A DNA stretch of 64,000 bases from Octopus vulgaris (Eukaryota), in contig OX597825.1 of NCBI GenBank assembly GCA_951406725.2, positions 64,914,001-64,978,000 on the forward strand, read 5' to 3'. Both the position numbers and the translations under genes were made by a program. How positions within the stretch are numbered: the stretch's first letter is position 1; the number at the start of each line of letters is the position of its first letter. Shown piece after piece: positions 11,580 to 26,638 of the stretch. Under the pieces are notes generated by a model, which searched no databases, was not told the DNA's origin, and saw nothing but the letters and a program-made list of their open reading frames with translations.

Positions 11580-13377
11580 CACTGTACAACAAATTTCTGA
11601 GTCAACGGAAAAAAAAGACATAGTTCTCGTGTAGATTTTATTATGAAGCTGATAGTGCTATATTCGAATTCTATAACAAAAATCTCCCATAACATCACAT
11701 TTTCTTGTAAATTACCAACTTAATAATTATGCAATTTATACTAATTTCCACGATACCATAAATTTATTTTTGTACCCAAATCAGATTAAATATGTCCACT
11801 GTAATTAATTCATAAATATATAACGAATCCGCATGTTTGTTAGCATTATATAATGTATTAACCTACATTTTAATATTTACTTCTTTTATAAGACGTCTCG
11901 GTGTGTCACGCCTCAGCTTCCAGCAGTAGTCCGGAAGCATAGCTGGACCCCATTTCCCCTCATTCCTGTTTTCCATTGACGTTATATTTTGATGGAACCT
12001 CTCCATGTTCATCATTCCCTCCATGTTCATTTTTCTCTCCATGTTCAATGCTCATATCTCCTGCATTCTCTGGGAAGAAGGACAGATGAGAATGAAGAAA
12101 ACGTATCTTCAGTGACATATTGCATCCGAGATCTTGGTAGCACTTGATTAAACTCTCCACGATACGCTCTCACTGGACCACTTGGTGCTTTTCCAGAAGT
12201 CCGTTACATACATCCTTGAATGCATGCCAGACTGCAACCTCAGTTTCATCCATTGTTGCGTTGAAGTCCTTAGAAGCTATAAATTGACGATTCTGAGGGC
12301 CAACGAAATGCTCTCTTTAATCTTGGCGTCACTTATTTTAGGGAAGGTCGCCTTGAGGTACTGGAAACATGGCTTGTTATGTTGCAGTGCTTTGAAAATT
12401 GCTTCATGTGCCCTATCTTTACATGCAGTGGTGGCAAAATGATTTTCTCCTACATAACTAGTGATTCATGCCTTACATTATGGCATTCAGGCGTTATAGT
12501 TCTCAGCGTATATATAGTTCTGATCTGAACTTAGTGTTCCACTTGAAAAGGAAGCACATAAATTTGGTGTATCCAATTTATAGTTCATTAAGTAGGGCTA
12601 CTTTCAAGTCCCCACCAATTAACCACTCGTGTTCCTTGTAACTTATGCGGTCTAGGATAAAAGGCGCGGTTCTTAAATGTCTCTCTTAAAATGATTGAGT
12701 GAGCAAATTGGTTGCCCATTGGAATCCCAATGTGCAACATAGCCGCTTTTATGCTGTAAAGGGATGTGTCTATGAATAGCCTCCACTCATTTGGTTCACA
12801 GGTCTGCTCAAAGGTATTGAATAGGTCTCTGATATCATTACAATAAGTCAAATTGTTTTCCAAAGTGAAGAATTGCTGTAGATCTACGGAACACTTCCTA
12901 AATACTCTAATTCAACCATCTTTATCCAACAGGTTCTATTGCTGCAGACATGAGGCCAGGATTTCACTCTGTTGCTTACTAAATGTTAGATCACGAACTA
13001 GATTACTGAGTTCAAGTTGAGTGATGAGGTGTGGTTTCATGTCAGATTTACCACGGATTTGGACCCATATAACTATAATAATATTGAGTGCACTTTTATA
13101 ATTTTCATAGGTTAGGTTGACAAATCCATTTGAAACATCCCATTAAAATTACATCATAATCTGTTCATAACTTTTTGAGTTATCAGTTTCGGTGCAATTC
13201 TGTTTGCACTCAATTCCTATGGAACCATCAGTGCATTTAGCGTAAGTAAGATGGTAATTTACAAGAAACTGGAGGGTCACAGAAAGAAAGGGATGTTATA
13301 TTCGTGGTCTACACGCAAAATATCCCTAGCAAAGGTTATTCTCATTTCCGGTTTTTTTTTTTCATTCGTATACACTG
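11580..13377 (-). mobile_element. Chapaev3-type (CMC superfamily) DNA transposon, decayed
   Basis: Left terminus CACTG; right terminus ...ACACTG (CAGTG expected); 3-bp TSD TAA at 11577-79 and 13378-80; subterminal inverted motif TTCTTGTAAATTACCA(A/T)CTT; transposase relic inside. Confidence 0.8.
11880..13030 (-). pseudogene. Chapaev3 transposase pseudogene (frameshifted)
   Basis: Motifs NEWRLFIDTSLYSIKAAMLHIG, LGCNMSLKIRFLHSHLSFFPENAGDMSIEHGE and RFHQ...GKWGPAMLPDYCW are characteristic of this transposase family. Confidence 0.85.
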
Positions 13378-13569
13378 TAATTTATCCTTTTCTTTGCGCT
13401 TTCATTTCAATTTCCTCCATGGTCCGCGTTAGACTTCATCGCTGAAATATTAACACAAAAGACAATAATGTCGGAGGTCGTGGTGGTCGTGGTGGCTGCA
13501 GCAGTACTAACAACAACAGCAACAATAGTAAGAACAAAAAAATGATAGTTAGAGGAAAAGCTGTCAGAT

Positions 13570-13795
13570 TAGTAGTAGTAATAGTGGTAGTAGTCGCAGC
13601 GGCAGCAACAGCAGCAGTAGTAGTAGAAGTAGTAATAGTAGTAGTAGTCAGATTAGTAGTAGTAGTAGAAGTAGTAGTAGTAGCAGTAGTAGTAGTAGTA
13701 GTTGTAGAAGTAGTCAGAGTAGTAGTAGTAGAAGTAGTCAGAGTAGTAGTAGTAGAAGTAGTCAGAGTAGTAGTAGTAGTAGTAGTAGCAGTAGT
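13570..13795. repeat. (GTA)n with a 24-bp higher-order unit
   Basis: GTAGAAGTAGTCAGAGTAGTAGTA repeated three times within (GTA)n. Confidence 0.92.
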
Positions 13796-14421
13796 GATAC
13801 GAAGAAGGGAAGACAAAGAAATGAAAGTAAGTCTGTGGAAGCAGTGGGTGAGAGTATGTTCCGCGTTCGCGCATGAGTGGAGACTCCTACACATCAGGTT
13901 CGTGAGAGAGGCATTTAGTGCAGTAATAGTGGAAATATGCTTAGAAAGTACTCGTCGCATCAGGCATTCATACGAAATTCCTATCACTGCACCACATGCA
14001 TTAATGCATGCACGATGGAATGTCTAAACGTTTATTTCTTTTCATCATGTCACTTGACTGACGGAGATCAATAACGATTTTTTTTTCCGTTGAACCTGGT
14101 TTATCCGATGGAAGGGAGCATGTCAGTCTCTTGTGACAAAATGTGTCTGTTTAAGACGTGTGTCTACTCGCATATGCTTACACACTTCCCTCCACACACA
14201 TACATGCACGAACGCATATGTATGTGTGTATATATATATATATAAAACAAGAGGGAGGTAATACAATTTGGATTCACGTTCAGGCTGCTGTGAACTGCAA
14301 GTAAGCGAAAAGAAAATACTTAACTATAGGTCCATAGGTCCATTTGTGTAACATTATTTATTCCAGATTGGATATAGCGTATCGCTCCTCGGAATTTTAC
14401 TTATTCACTTCTGGAGCTTCC

Positions 14422-14703
14422 TACATACATACATACATAAATACATACATACATACATACATACATACATACATACATACATACATACATACATGTGTAC
14501 ATACATACATACATGCATACATACATACATGCATGCATACATACATGCATACATACATACATACATACATACATACATGCATACATACATACATACATAC
14601 ATACATACATACATACATACATACATGTATACATAAATACATACATACATACATACATATATACATACATACATACATACATACATACATGTATACATAC
14701 ATA
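14422..14703. repeat. (TACA)n microsatellite
   Basis: Directly visible. Confidence 0.97.
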
Positions 14704-15162
14704 TATACGGGGCAGACAGACATTCATGCATAAGCATGCATAACACACTGAGAATAGTGCATATATGAAAACCCTCAAATATAGACCCTTACATATAGAT
14801 GACACCAGACCTCAAAACGTTCAATCCATGAAGGTGGTCCCTTTCAGAGTGCTGATGAATAACATCTATGACGACCATATATATTCCACCCATAGTGATT
14901 AAAAATGATTAGGTATAATTTGAAGGAGATTTGGCTGCTAGTTTTAACACATGTAATGCCATATGACAGTATCCTATAACGTGCATGTAATGTATATGGT
15001 ATATATACGTATTTGGTACATACATGTGCGCGCGTGTCTGTGTGTGTGTGTGCGCTTGTCCGGTGTGTATGTATGTGTGTGAATGAGGCCATCCCTAGAC
15101 ACACCATATATGTATACCCACACTCACACATGCAAATGCATATATATAATATAAATATATAT

Positions 15163-15453
15163 CACGTGATCACGTGACCGACCAGACCATCAGATGTAGT
15201 TACACATCGCTGGTCACAATGCGTTCGCATTGTTTTTTTAGCCTTCGAATGACGAGCAGGCCAACAGAAGAAAGAGTGGGTGAAAGAGTGGTGAAAGAGT
15301 ACGGCAGGGATCACCCCCCCTCCTGCCGGAGCCTCGTGGGGCTTTTAGGTGTTTTCGCTCAATAAACACTCACAACGCCCGGTTTGGGAATCGAAACCGC
15401 GATCCTACGACCGCGAGTCCGCTGCCCTAACCATTGGGCCATTGCGCCTCCAC
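15163..15453 (-). mobile_element. SINE family B, tRNA(Arg)-like head, tail type 1
   Basis: Head GGAGGCGCAATGGCCCAATGGTTAGGGCAGCGGACTCGCGG...GGTTTCGATTCCC; tail ends CACGTGATCACGTG; 12-bp TSD ATAAATATATAT at 15151-62 and 15454-65, which is low complexity. Confidence 0.88.
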
Positions 15454-15489
15454 ATAAATATATATATAACTAGCAATGGTAGCTAGTTG

Positions 15490-16290
15490 TGCAGCTGCGG
15501 GCATGTCTTGAGTAACACCCAGTCGCATTGTTGAAAGAGCTGTGTTAGGCATCTACTACCTGGTCGAAATCAGCAAGTCATTTTCTTCAAGGAACGCGAT
15601 AAATTTCTTGCGAACTATTCATTTCATGATTTTGCTGATGTATGAGGTCAGAAGTAAACCTATAATTTTTAGTATCAGCTCTGCTTCGTCCCTTATGGAC
15701 AGGGCATATCATCCCTTCCTTCAGTTTTTCAGGTAGGTTACCACTTGCAAGAAGCTCTGAAAAAGAAGATGCAGTGGTTTTTGCAAGGGCACGTTTGCAC
15801 GATTTGAGGAGGACTGCCGAGCATCCATAAAGGACAGCAGCTGAGTTTATGTCAACATGACTAGATTTATATCTTTAATGTTGATGTAATCAGTTTTTGC
15901 CTCTTTGGTAGCAGGTAAATTGGCAAAAACTTTGCTGGTTTATTCATTCGTCTGCGTCCCAAAGGTGTAGTGAACACACCTCGGAACTGTTCCTTCCTTA
16001 TTCCATTTACCCTCATTGGGTTTCCTATGAGGGAGCCATTTTTTGTGGAAGGGAGAACCTATGTCGGGGCGTACTGAGGCTGTTTCTTTGGCAACGTTAA
16101 AGAAAGCTTTAGGGTTCGACATGATATTTTCTATAACCCAAGCTTCTTTAGCTGCTCTCTCCTCGTCGTGAGAGTGATGCAGAATGTTCTCAATCTCAAA
16201 CAGCCCTCTCTCCAAGCGAGACTTCTCACCATTTTTGGAGTGCTTGCTCAGGTATTTACCAATATTTGTTTGTCGTCTCCTTTCCTTAGT
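15490..16290 (-). pseudogene. CR1/L2-like LINE ORF2 (reverse transcriptase N-terminal region) relic
   Basis: Frameshifted peptides IMSNPKAFFNVAK..DIGSP, KPLHLLF, CPVHKG..RADTKNYR and ISKIMK.IVRKKFIAFLEENDLL. Confidence 0.75.
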
Positions 16291-16311
16291 AATCCCGTGT
16301 GTATGTATATA

Positions 16312-16538
16312 GGCGAGCTGGCAGAAACGTTAGCGCGCCGGGCGAAATGCTTTCCGGTATTTCGTCTGCCGTTACGTTTGAGTTCAAATTCCGCCAAGGT
16401 CGACTTCGCCTTTCATCCATTCGGGGTCGGTAAATAAAGTAGCAGTTACGCACTGGGGTCGATGCAACAGACTTAATCCCTTTGTCTGTCTTTGTCTGTC
16501 CGTTCTATGTTTAGCCCTTTGTGGGCAATAAAGAAATA
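16312..16538 (+). mobile_element. SINE family C, full length
   Basis: GGCGAGCTGGCAGAAACGTTAGC...GTGGGCAATAAAGAAATA followed by (TA)n. Confidence 0.92.
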
Positions 16539-16540
16539 TA

Positions 16541-16637
<97 letters not shown>

Positions 16638-17348
16638 TCACAGACAGACGCAAACAGAGAGAGAAAGAGAGAAAGAGAGAGAGAATGATTTAAAATCAAC
16701 TGTCATTGATCGGGTAAATATTCCGTTTGCGTGTCGAACTCTCTCTCCAAGAATGTGTGTGCAAATGCATTAACTTTATATGTACATATACTCATGCTTA
16801 TGTCGATATCTATATGTGCATATGCTTAGTATTTTTGCTTGCGTGTGTGTAATTGAAATTGATTTTTGTTGTTATTGCTGTTTCTTTATTTTTCTTCTTC
16901 TTCTTCTTTTCTGATTTACTTAATCGGTTGACAGGTTAAAAAGCACACGGAAATATTTGTAATTACAAACGTTCGAAGTTGAAGTGAGAGATCTTTGAAT
17001 GTATATAAGACATTGCTAAATTAACCTTACATATATGGAAATTGTGTTCACGTATTAACCTTTGCCTGACATTGCATTGCTGTTTCAATTAATATTATAT
17101 ACTTTCAATATGTGTATCGGAGATAATTTCAGTTCTATATACATTCTCTACACACGCACTCACATAATGACATACACACATACATATATATGCATAAATG
17201 TACAAATGTATGTATATATATATTTACATATATACATATATATATACGCATATACATATATATATATATCTATATACATGTATACATATATACATACATA
17301 TAAATATATTCATATATGTACAAATGTATGTATATATATATATATATG

Positions 17349-17410
<62 letters not shown>

Positions 17411-17417
17411 TACATAT

Positions 17418-17448
<31 letters not shown>

Positions 17449-17749
17449 GTAACACGAACACCAAGACATATATATATGCATATTCGTACATAATCATTTA
17501 GAGAATTCATGAAGGATTATATGTACACGTTACGTGATTCTACTATTTACATATACCGAGCATTCATCCCAGGGAAATCTGGAAGCAATTACTTCAAATA
17601 TAAAAGTTAGATGTTCTATCTAACTGGTAAATATATGAAGCTGAACATTTCATTTCCTTGTGAACTACGGTAGGGTAACTCAAAAAGCAATGAATCCCAA
17701 ACTCGATTTACAAGACAAGAAACGCTGTCTCAATTCACATACGTACATA

Positions 17750-17805
<56 letters not shown>

Positions 17806-18487
17806 GCACTCAGAGTTATATAAAATGATCGGCAGAACACAAACATATATATATGAGTATATATGTTGAACATTCGGATTTTGTTATTGCTGCTCATACG
17901 CTTATATTGTAGAGGAAATGCTTTTGTGTTTGTTACGTAGAAGAAAGGGGTGCTTAATCCGAAAACATTTTAAATGAACCAACAATATTCCGTATGAAGA
18001 GACATTTCGTGTTTCGTCTCTGAGCACTTATCTGTATGGGAACATATATATATATATATATATATATATGAGGGAGCGAGAGGGGAGCGAGAGGGGAGAC
18101 GAAAGAGAAGAATAGAAACTGTAGCTTAGTATCTTATATGGATTTATATAAATGGAAACCCTTAAATGGAATCTCTTGTGTCATTCTTTCTTTGGGGAAA
18201 GATTAAATTTTTTTATTTCGATCTTCGTAAGTTTATTGAAGATAAAGACTTCTTTGATGTGTATTTATCTATGTATGCCGAAGTCTATATTTCTGTATAT
18301 TCATACACATGTGTCTGTGTGTGTATGTCTTTCTTTATCTTTAATGACTTTAAAAATAATCAAATATTAACAACTGAAGAGCTGCTTGCTTTCGTATTTT
18401 TCATTATTATCAGCGTCCAAATCAGAATGATATGGCCACTAATATATATATGTGTGTGTGTATGTATATATATGTACATATATATAC

Positions 18488-18556
<69 letters not shown>

Positions 18557-19036
18557 TACACACACACACATATATATATGTATATCTGTGTGTGTGTGTG
18601 TGAGTGTGTTTGTGTGTGTGTTCTTAAAATATTAGATTGTACGTATAGTTTCTATACGACAAAATAATTGCTTTCTGAAAATATTGAAAATGCATTTAAA
18701 ATATTAAAAAAATACTCATACTTTTTATTACACACATGTCATTAATCAAATAATATTTTCGACATCATTAAATTCTGTCGCTTTTTCCCCTTCTTGTCGA
18801 CAAAAGGGAGCCTGATATGTCATAAGACGTAATGTTTTTATATTGATTGCATTTATTTCTAATTCTTAACTCTTCAATCCTTGATCTCGAAATTATAAGT
18901 TCAGTATAAGACATTACATTACGTTCATACTTATATACAAATGTAATTCGTACTTTGATTCTTCCCCTAAGTTAATTCATTCAGTGATGTTCCCGTATTT
19001 ATGTTTAGTTTATTGTGGCAATATAGATCCGAAACA

Positions 19037-19410
19037 GACGTGGCTGTGAGCCAAGAATTTTGCTTCCTAGTCACATAGTTCCTTGTTCGATTCCACAGTG
19101 TGTTATCATGGGCAAGTACTACTATAGCCCCAGGTCGACCAGAAATTTATGAAGGGATTTGGTAGACGGAAACTGAAAGAAGCCTGCCATGTATGTACGT
19201 ATGTGTCTTTGCGCTTGTGTTTGTCCGGCACCACAACTTGACAACCGGTTTTTTACGTTTCCGTAACTTAGCAGTTCGGCAAAATCCCCAATATAGAAGT
19301 TATCAAGCTTTGAATATATGTACAGTTGTACAATCTTTTGATTATAATTCTTTAAGGTCGTGTCCCAGCATAACCGCAGTCAAATAGCTGAAACACGTGA
19401 AAGATAAAAC
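19037..19410 (+). mobile_element. SINE family A, old diverged copy
   Basis: GGATTTGGTAGACGGAAACTGAAAGAAGCC and CCGTAACTTAGCAGTTCGGCAAAA are conserved. Confidence 0.8.
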
Positions 19411-19417
19411 ATAAATA

Positions 19418-19990
19418 TTGGACTGTCCGAGAAGTTCGTGCGGATTTTTAAAGGAAGGAAAAAAGGTCATTAAATACTTGCCATTACATTTTTAATCAAC
19501 CAAATATGAACCATTTGGTTGTACAATGCGTAACCATCATTCCTTTAACTTGAAAATACCCTCTTCCCAGAATTGAGGTGGTTTCATGGCAAAGAATTCA
19601 TCAAGGTATCTTTTTACTGCATCCAAGGAATTGAAATTTTTACAATTAAGATTATTCTGCAGAGACCTGAATAAGTGGAAATCCGAAGGAGCAATATCTG
19701 GTGAATATGGACGGTAGGGTAACACATCACAGCCGAGCTGCTGCAATTTTTGTCTGGTTACCAAAGCATCAAGTGCCAAAAAGGAACTTTCTTATCTTCC
19801 ATTTTAAAGGGTTACAGAATTAACAAAGGTTATAGGAATATAACAAACCTTCTTCCACGAAAAGATAGCTTAAACTGTGATCTAAATAGAGGTGTAGTCA
19901 AATCCTATTTTATGGACTCAACCATGTTCTAAAATCAGTCGAAAGGTAAGCTACTATAAATCTGCACGAACTTCCTGGACAAATGCACAA
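19418..19990 (-). mobile_element. Non-autonomous mariner (mellifera-like), copy 1
   Basis: TA-flanked; TIR TTGGACTGTCCGAGAAGTTCGTGCGGATTT; peptide RPYSPDIAPSDFHLFRSLQNNL..EEGIFKLKE; collinear with 47986-48551. Confidence 0.9.
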
Positions 19991-20965
19991 TATATACAAG
20001 TCAATATGAATACCCATCCACGATCCCTTAACTACGAGAAGTTGAAACCAACTATTCCACATTTCTGAGTGTATTTTCTTGAAACAAAAGATGATGGATA
20101 GTGTAATTTTCTATACATTAGATCTGATAACGACCACGGAACGAGAAATAGTTATAGCAAAACTATACATGATTTTTAATCGTGATCAATTCTAACTTGG
20201 AAAATAACAATATCTTCCACAACAATATCGAGATATATCGTTATATATGCGACACTATCTTATAACAAGAGCGATCTTACTCATATAGTTTAATCGAAAT
20301 TGGTATGGCATCAAAGTTTCATAATATTTGACTCCATACAAACGCTATTGCCCTGGGTCAAGCCGTGAACATGACACTATAAATTTCCATTCTACCGCGA
20401 AATAGTAATAATTCGAGTGAAGAAGATATCAACAGTTAATCACTTTATGCAATCCTATGTTATATGCATGTGTGTGTGTGTGTGTGATATAATATCATAT
20501 AATACTTATACATATACACAGAGAGGAGAAACAGATACAGAGAGAGATGGATAGATTGATAAGTACACACAAATATACACACACACATACACACTCACAT
20601 GCATATATACATACATATATATATAAACATACACACATACATACATACGTACATACATACAGACATACATACATATACACTTATCTCCTTATTTATATAT
20701 ATATGTAGTAAAACATATATGAATATATGTATTTATCTCTGAATGTGTACCTATATATTGAATACTGAACCCCTTTTCCATATAATTGAATATACAAGAC
20801 GTGTTATTGATCAAGAAACAGAACATTGATACCACAAATTCGGAGGAGCATCCATTATATACACACACACATATATGTATTATGTATGTATGCGTATTTG
20901 TGTTAATATCGTATATATATGTAAACATACATACATGCACTGACGCATATATATATATATATATA

Positions 20966-21136
20966 GGCGCAGGAGTGGCTGTGTGGTAAGTAGCTGGCTA
21001 ACCAACCACATGGTTCCGGGTTCAGTCGCACTGCGTGGCATCTTGGGCAAGTGTCTTCTGCTATAGCCCCGGGCCGACCAATGCCTTGTGAGTGGATTTG
21101 GTAGACAGAAACTGAAAGAAACTTGTCGTATATATG

Positions 21137-21170
<34 letters not shown>

Positions 21171-21387
21171 GGTGTTCGTGTGTTTGTCCCCCTAGCATTG
21201 CTTGACAACCGATGCTGGTGTGTTTATGTCCCCGTCACTTAGCGGTTCGGCAAAAGAGACCGATAGAATAAGTACTGGGCTTACAAAGAATAAGTCCCGG
21301 GGTCGATTTGCTCGACTAAAGGCGGTGCTCCAGCATGGACGCAGTCAAATGACTGAAACAAGTAAAAGAGTAAAATAGAGAGTAAGA

Positions 21388-21389
<2 letters not shown>
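20966..21389 (+). mobile_element. SINE family A, full length
   Basis: Complete head, internal (TA)(TG) tract and tail; flanked by (TA)n. Confidence 0.93.
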
Positions 21390-21442
<53 letters not shown>

Positions 21443-21557
21443 TTATCAATAACACACACAAACGTATACATACATAATATATATATCTATACATATATGT
21501 GAGTGTGAGTGTGAATAGATAAATAGATCGATAGATAGGTATATAGGTAGATAGATG

Positions 21558-21610
<53 letters not shown>

Positions 21611-21981
21611 CTACATTCATTTTACCCGCAGCGAGACAAATGCGTTTTCTCTCAAAGGAAGACAAGCACACATCAACTAAGACACACAAAAATACATAGA
21701 TTCTGTAAAGAAACAGCATAAGCTTTAGGGACATAACAAACATGAACAAAATAAATACGACATTGAGATATATTGTGCTTAATCCCAGCATGATGTGGGA
21801 TTATTATTGCAGGATTAGCTGGTCTTGTTGTTGAAGCTTTAGCTGTTAACTAGTTGCAATATCTATGGTTCAAGTAAGATTTAATCCAATGCAATGAGGT
21901 ATTTGCGAGTGCTTCGAGGATTAGCAAACAAATAATCCGCCCAAAGTGCACGACCTAATTATATATATATATGGGTGTATG

Positions 21982-22014
<33 letters not shown>

Positions 22015-22209
22015 GTGTGTGTGTGCTTGTGTCTGTGTTTGTGTTGAATGAGAGATAGATATGTAATTATCTATCACTGCGTCTGCACATATCTACACAC
22101 ATACACACACACATATACATATATACATTTATAATTAAATACATATTTATAAATATACATACATATATACATGTATAGATGATTATTTTAAGTACATATA
22201 TATATATGA

Positions 22210-22575
<366 letters not shown>

Positions 22576-23239
22576 CATGCATATATTCATGCACGCATAT
22601 AGATTTTTGTTCATAATAGATGCAGATATTACACGCGTTCTTATGTATACATATATAATTGTTAATTTTCTTTAAGCTGCCTGCAACAAGTGCAACATCA
22701 TAGATCCCTCGTTGTGTTGAGGTATAAAAGAAATATTAACATGCATTATCTGGCATTCTATTCTGCTATCTAGGGCTCAAGATAGTGACCTCATGTACCG
22801 CATCGATTGAGGGATCCCTTTTAAAATTCATGAAATATCGTTATGTCTCTTGATCAAAGGCAAGTGTACAAGGCATCTTAACATCTCATATATCAATGGA
22901 AATTAAGGAATGCGTTGTGGCACCGAAAGTACAGGTCAGCAGCGGACCTAAAATGCATTCTTTGAACCCATAGTAACGATGCATTTCAAATCTGTGTGAG
23001 GAAAAGAAACGGAGCTCACAGCGTGTTCTTCCTCAATGTACATACATTATATAACCTACGTGCCCCGTGCTTGTCTGTGTGCCGGTGTGTGTGTATGCGT
23101 GAATGTATGGATATATGTGTATGCCTGCATATATTGCATACATATACATGTAGACATGTATATAAGTATATATATGTATCTGCATATATGTGAACGTATG
23201 TATGTATGAATGTATACATACATATATATATATATACAT

Positions 23240-23280
<41 letters not shown>

Positions 23281-23300
23281 CAAATATATATATGTATATA

Positions 23301-23371
<71 letters not shown>

Positions 23372-25430
23372 TCCCCATCGCTCATGAATATATGGCATTT
23401 AAGGCTTGCGTGGGACCTATTAGTCATTCGACACTAACCACGAGTCAAGCTTCGAGCAACAAACCAATTGTTGGGTGTTGGGATCTACAATACCTCGTGA
23501 GTCCTTTGGCCGATTAACACGGTACTATACAAGTTCCATGAGAGATCATGCTGTGTACATATATACAAGTATATATATACAGTCACACACGTAAATGCAC
23601 ATAGACATAACCACACACACACACACACAGTCATACACACTCATATGTGCATATAGACTAACACACATGCACTTATGTCAACGGCAAAGAAAAGATATCG
23701 ACTGAAAATTTCTCAATTATTAACAATAATCAATCATTAGGTGCCTAATTTACGAGAAAAACGAATTTAAAATGAAAGCTAAATATTAAATTATATTTCC
23801 GTACCGCCGTCTGGGAACAGGCCGAAACCTTTGAAGTTTCCTCACGGTTCACTTATATTTGCGTGTGCATAGGTGTGTGCTTTGTGCATTCATGCGTACG
23901 CACATTCGTCGTCACACTTGAATATAGAGTAAAGCTATGTGGTAAAATTATGTAGCAGCTATATATCATTAACAGATGGCCAGACATCGTAATCTATCTT
24001 GAGAAAGTTTTCTATGAAATGTTCATGACGCAGCACATCGGAAGTTTAATGCTCAGCGTAAAATGAAGTCCAAGTGATGGAAACATATTATGTGGTATTG
24101 AGTTTGCATACAACTTAGTTAATACTGTACATCTTTTCGATTAATACGAATATGTGATTAAGTCGCATTTTAACCTAGTCCAAGTCCAATTTATCACAGA
24201 ACACTATGGTAATGGCTGACAAGGGAGATAAGCTACCTAGCTGACATAGCCAAATCCAAATTCGAAGTTTGATGTAGGGCATCTTATAATCTCTTCGGTG
24301 GCTCTTTCTGTGCCTAGCGTTAAACTCAACTAACCTTGTCAGCTTATAAGGAACCCGTTGACATCATAGCTGATTTTAAAAACGCTAAAAGTGAAAACTA
24401 CAAATAATATCGTGGTTTATTAGTAATTTAACAATCTAAAGGCAAATTTACAGATGTCACTAAAGTGACGGAAGACACTACGGTAGTATCAGCATTACTA
24501 GAAATAAGAGTCAAAACAACTCAGTAGACACAGAGTAGTATTTTATCCCAGTACGAAGAACCACACCAACTCCCCGCCAAATGTACCAATCTTAACTGTA
24601 GGTGTCAATAGGAAACAATTGAGCTGGAATAAATGGTACCGCTAACATCCAACCTATCTCGTAGAATCAGTAAAAGCATGGACACAGCCCCTCCTTCAAG
24701 ACAAAACGAAAATAAATGAGTGAATAAATATCATAGCGAGAGAGACAGACAGACAGACAGAGACAGACAGATAGACAGAGAGAACAAACAAAATTTCGCC
24801 AGGGAGACTTCGCTAGAAAACCACTGACAGAAAGCAAATTTTATATCACTCGCCTTTTAACGCAAGGTGCCATTAGTTAGAAGACGATTCTCTTATGCTT
24901 CCCATCAGTTCTGAAACAGGCCTAAATGTTTATCTATATCGAATGTTGTACTTACATGTCATACTTGTTTGTTTCCCGTTAGACTGCAACAATTTATCAA
25001 TGGGCATGATCAAATTTACCCTATCGATGTCAGTCTTGGCAACATATATCTCGTCATTCATTCACACATAAGCAGTAATTCTAGCAGTAAGGACATGTGA
25101 GGCATTGTAATTCCAAAATATTTACGCACATTTACACACACATACACGTATGTATATAAATATGCATTCATTTGTTATATCTACGTGTTTTTCATATATA
25201 GATACGTATATATGTAATATGCGTTTCTGTATGTGTGCGTATGCATCTGTATACATTGTATAGATTGAGAAACATCTATGGAGAAAATTCTTTTTATTGA
25301 TCGAGACAAAGTGCAAACACACAAACATGTAAACATATCAGCATTCGTACATACATATATTTACACACACACACACACACATGTATATATTCACATTTAT
25401 GTCGGAGTGCTTATGTCTGTTGTACATACA

Positions 25431-25521
<91 letters not shown>

Positions 25522-25712
25522 CATACATATTTACATACATACAGATATGTATATGTGTGTGCTTGTTAGTATTTACAAATATACAATTACAAACATACAA
25601 TTCTTTCGTCTTCTCATACATATGCATTTGCCAGTATGAGTATTTTCACAGATAGATAGACAGACAAATAGATAGACAGATAGATAGATAGATAGATACA
25701 TACATACATACA

Positions 25713-25744
<32 letters not shown>

Positions 25745-25810
25745 GCTAGATAGATAGATAGATAGATAGACATACAAACAGCTAGATAGATAGATAGACA
25801 TACAAACAGC

Positions 25811-25889
<79 letters not shown>

Positions 25890-26444
25890 GTGCGTATGTA
25901 CATATGTACACATGTACATACAAACCTGCATCTTCAATTCCCGGTAGATGTATGGAAAATTAACTTTTGTCTTTACGTTTACAAATTTTCTTGTGAATTT
26001 CTCTTCTGTACAGTTTTTATTAAGCCACCGCAGAAAGAAAGAAGAGATGAGGTGATATTTTTCAGTGTGGGTTTTGTTATATTATCTCTCTTCCGCGATA
26101 TTCATTAAAATTTCATCTTCCATGATATATATATTGCATTCGATAATTTAGTTTTACCATCAAGTGCTTCTGTGACTCAAAGTCTGATTACATTTTCTAT
26201 TCATTTTCTTCTAAAACGTACTGAAAAAATATACAAGAAAATAAGTGAGAAGGAAAAGAAAGACGAGGAAAGTAAAAATGAAAGTAAAAAGAAAATATGT
26301 ATTAAATACTAAAAAAAAGAATGTACGAATAGCTTTTCTTCGTTTCTCGTCTTCTCTGCCACTCTCCCTCTCATGCTTCCAAAATGAATGCATATAGTAA
26401 TAATTATAATGTAGAATGCGTGGAAAATATTAACAACGACAATA

Positions 26445-26566
26445 CCACTACTACTACTACTACTACTACTAGACGAATAATAATAATAATAATAATAATA
26501 ATGATGATAATAATGATGATAATAATAATGATAATAATAATGATAATAATGATAATAATAATAATG

Positions 26567-26631
<65 letters not shown>

Positions 26632-26638
26632 AATAATA
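26445..26638. repeat. (ACT)n and (AAT/GAT)n microsatellite
   Basis: Directly visible. Confidence 0.96.
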
